The notes beneath the pieces are model-generated. The model searched no databases. It saw nothing but the letters and a program-made list of their open reading frames with translations, and was not told where the DNA came from. From Euglena gracilis (Eukaryota), in assembly GCA_039621445.1 (NCBI GenBank), contig CP154954.1, positions 27,082,123 through 27,146,122 on the forward strand: a stretch of DNA of 64,000 nt, read 5' to 3'. The translations under genes were made by a program, and so were the position numbers. Of this stretch, positions 63,790-64,000 are shown one piece after another (positions within the stretch are counted from its first letter, which is position 1; each line of letters starts with the position of its first letter).

Positions 63790-64000
63790 ACAACCCAAAA
63801 AAAAACCAGAACAGTCCAAAGCCCCAAAACACAGCCCAAAACCCAGATCACAACCAAACCAAAAACCCAAAACCCCAGAACACACCCAAACTAAAAATCC
63901 AGCCGAAAAACCCAGAAAACGGGCCAAAAACCTGGATGACAGCCCAGAAACCCAGAACACAGCCCAAAAACCCAGAACACAGCCCAAAAACCCACCCACA
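63790..64000. repeat. Minisatellite of about 20 bp, CACAGCCCAAAAACCCAGAA
   Basis: Tandem copies run to the window end. Confidence 0.8.

Overview
Eukaryotic, almost entirely repeat-derived 64 kb window. It is most likely from a euglenid, judged by a 24/26 match to the Euglena-type spliced leader at 42661, TTAGGG-type repeats and an intron with euglenid nonconventional geometry. No intact housekeeping gene is recognisable. Contents: four DIRS-type tyrosine-recombinase retrotransposons (RT-RNaseH-methyltransferase, YR, ITR/ICR); a CRE-clade non-LTR retrotransposon with a restriction-like endonuclease; an intron-containing IS630/Tc1 DD34E transposase pseudogene; a 4-copy orphan ORF family; interstitial telomere-like arrays inside TIR elements; satellites; and nested MITEs with 2, 3, 5, 6, 7, 8 and 9 bp target duplications. 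Main leads: (1) a non-GT-AG intron in the Tc1 gene whose +4/-6 end pairing is what an 8-bp-TSD, CAGGG-terminated hAT MITE would create (3+5=8), suggesting an intron-generating system; (2) a DIRS copy whose interior is flipped relative to its termini, converting ITR/ICR architecture into split direct repeats; (3) a genomic, tandem spliced leader fused to an ORF that was later split cleanly by a DIRS element. Many frameshifts fall in homopolymers and may be sequencing errors. All family assignments are by eye; no searches were run.
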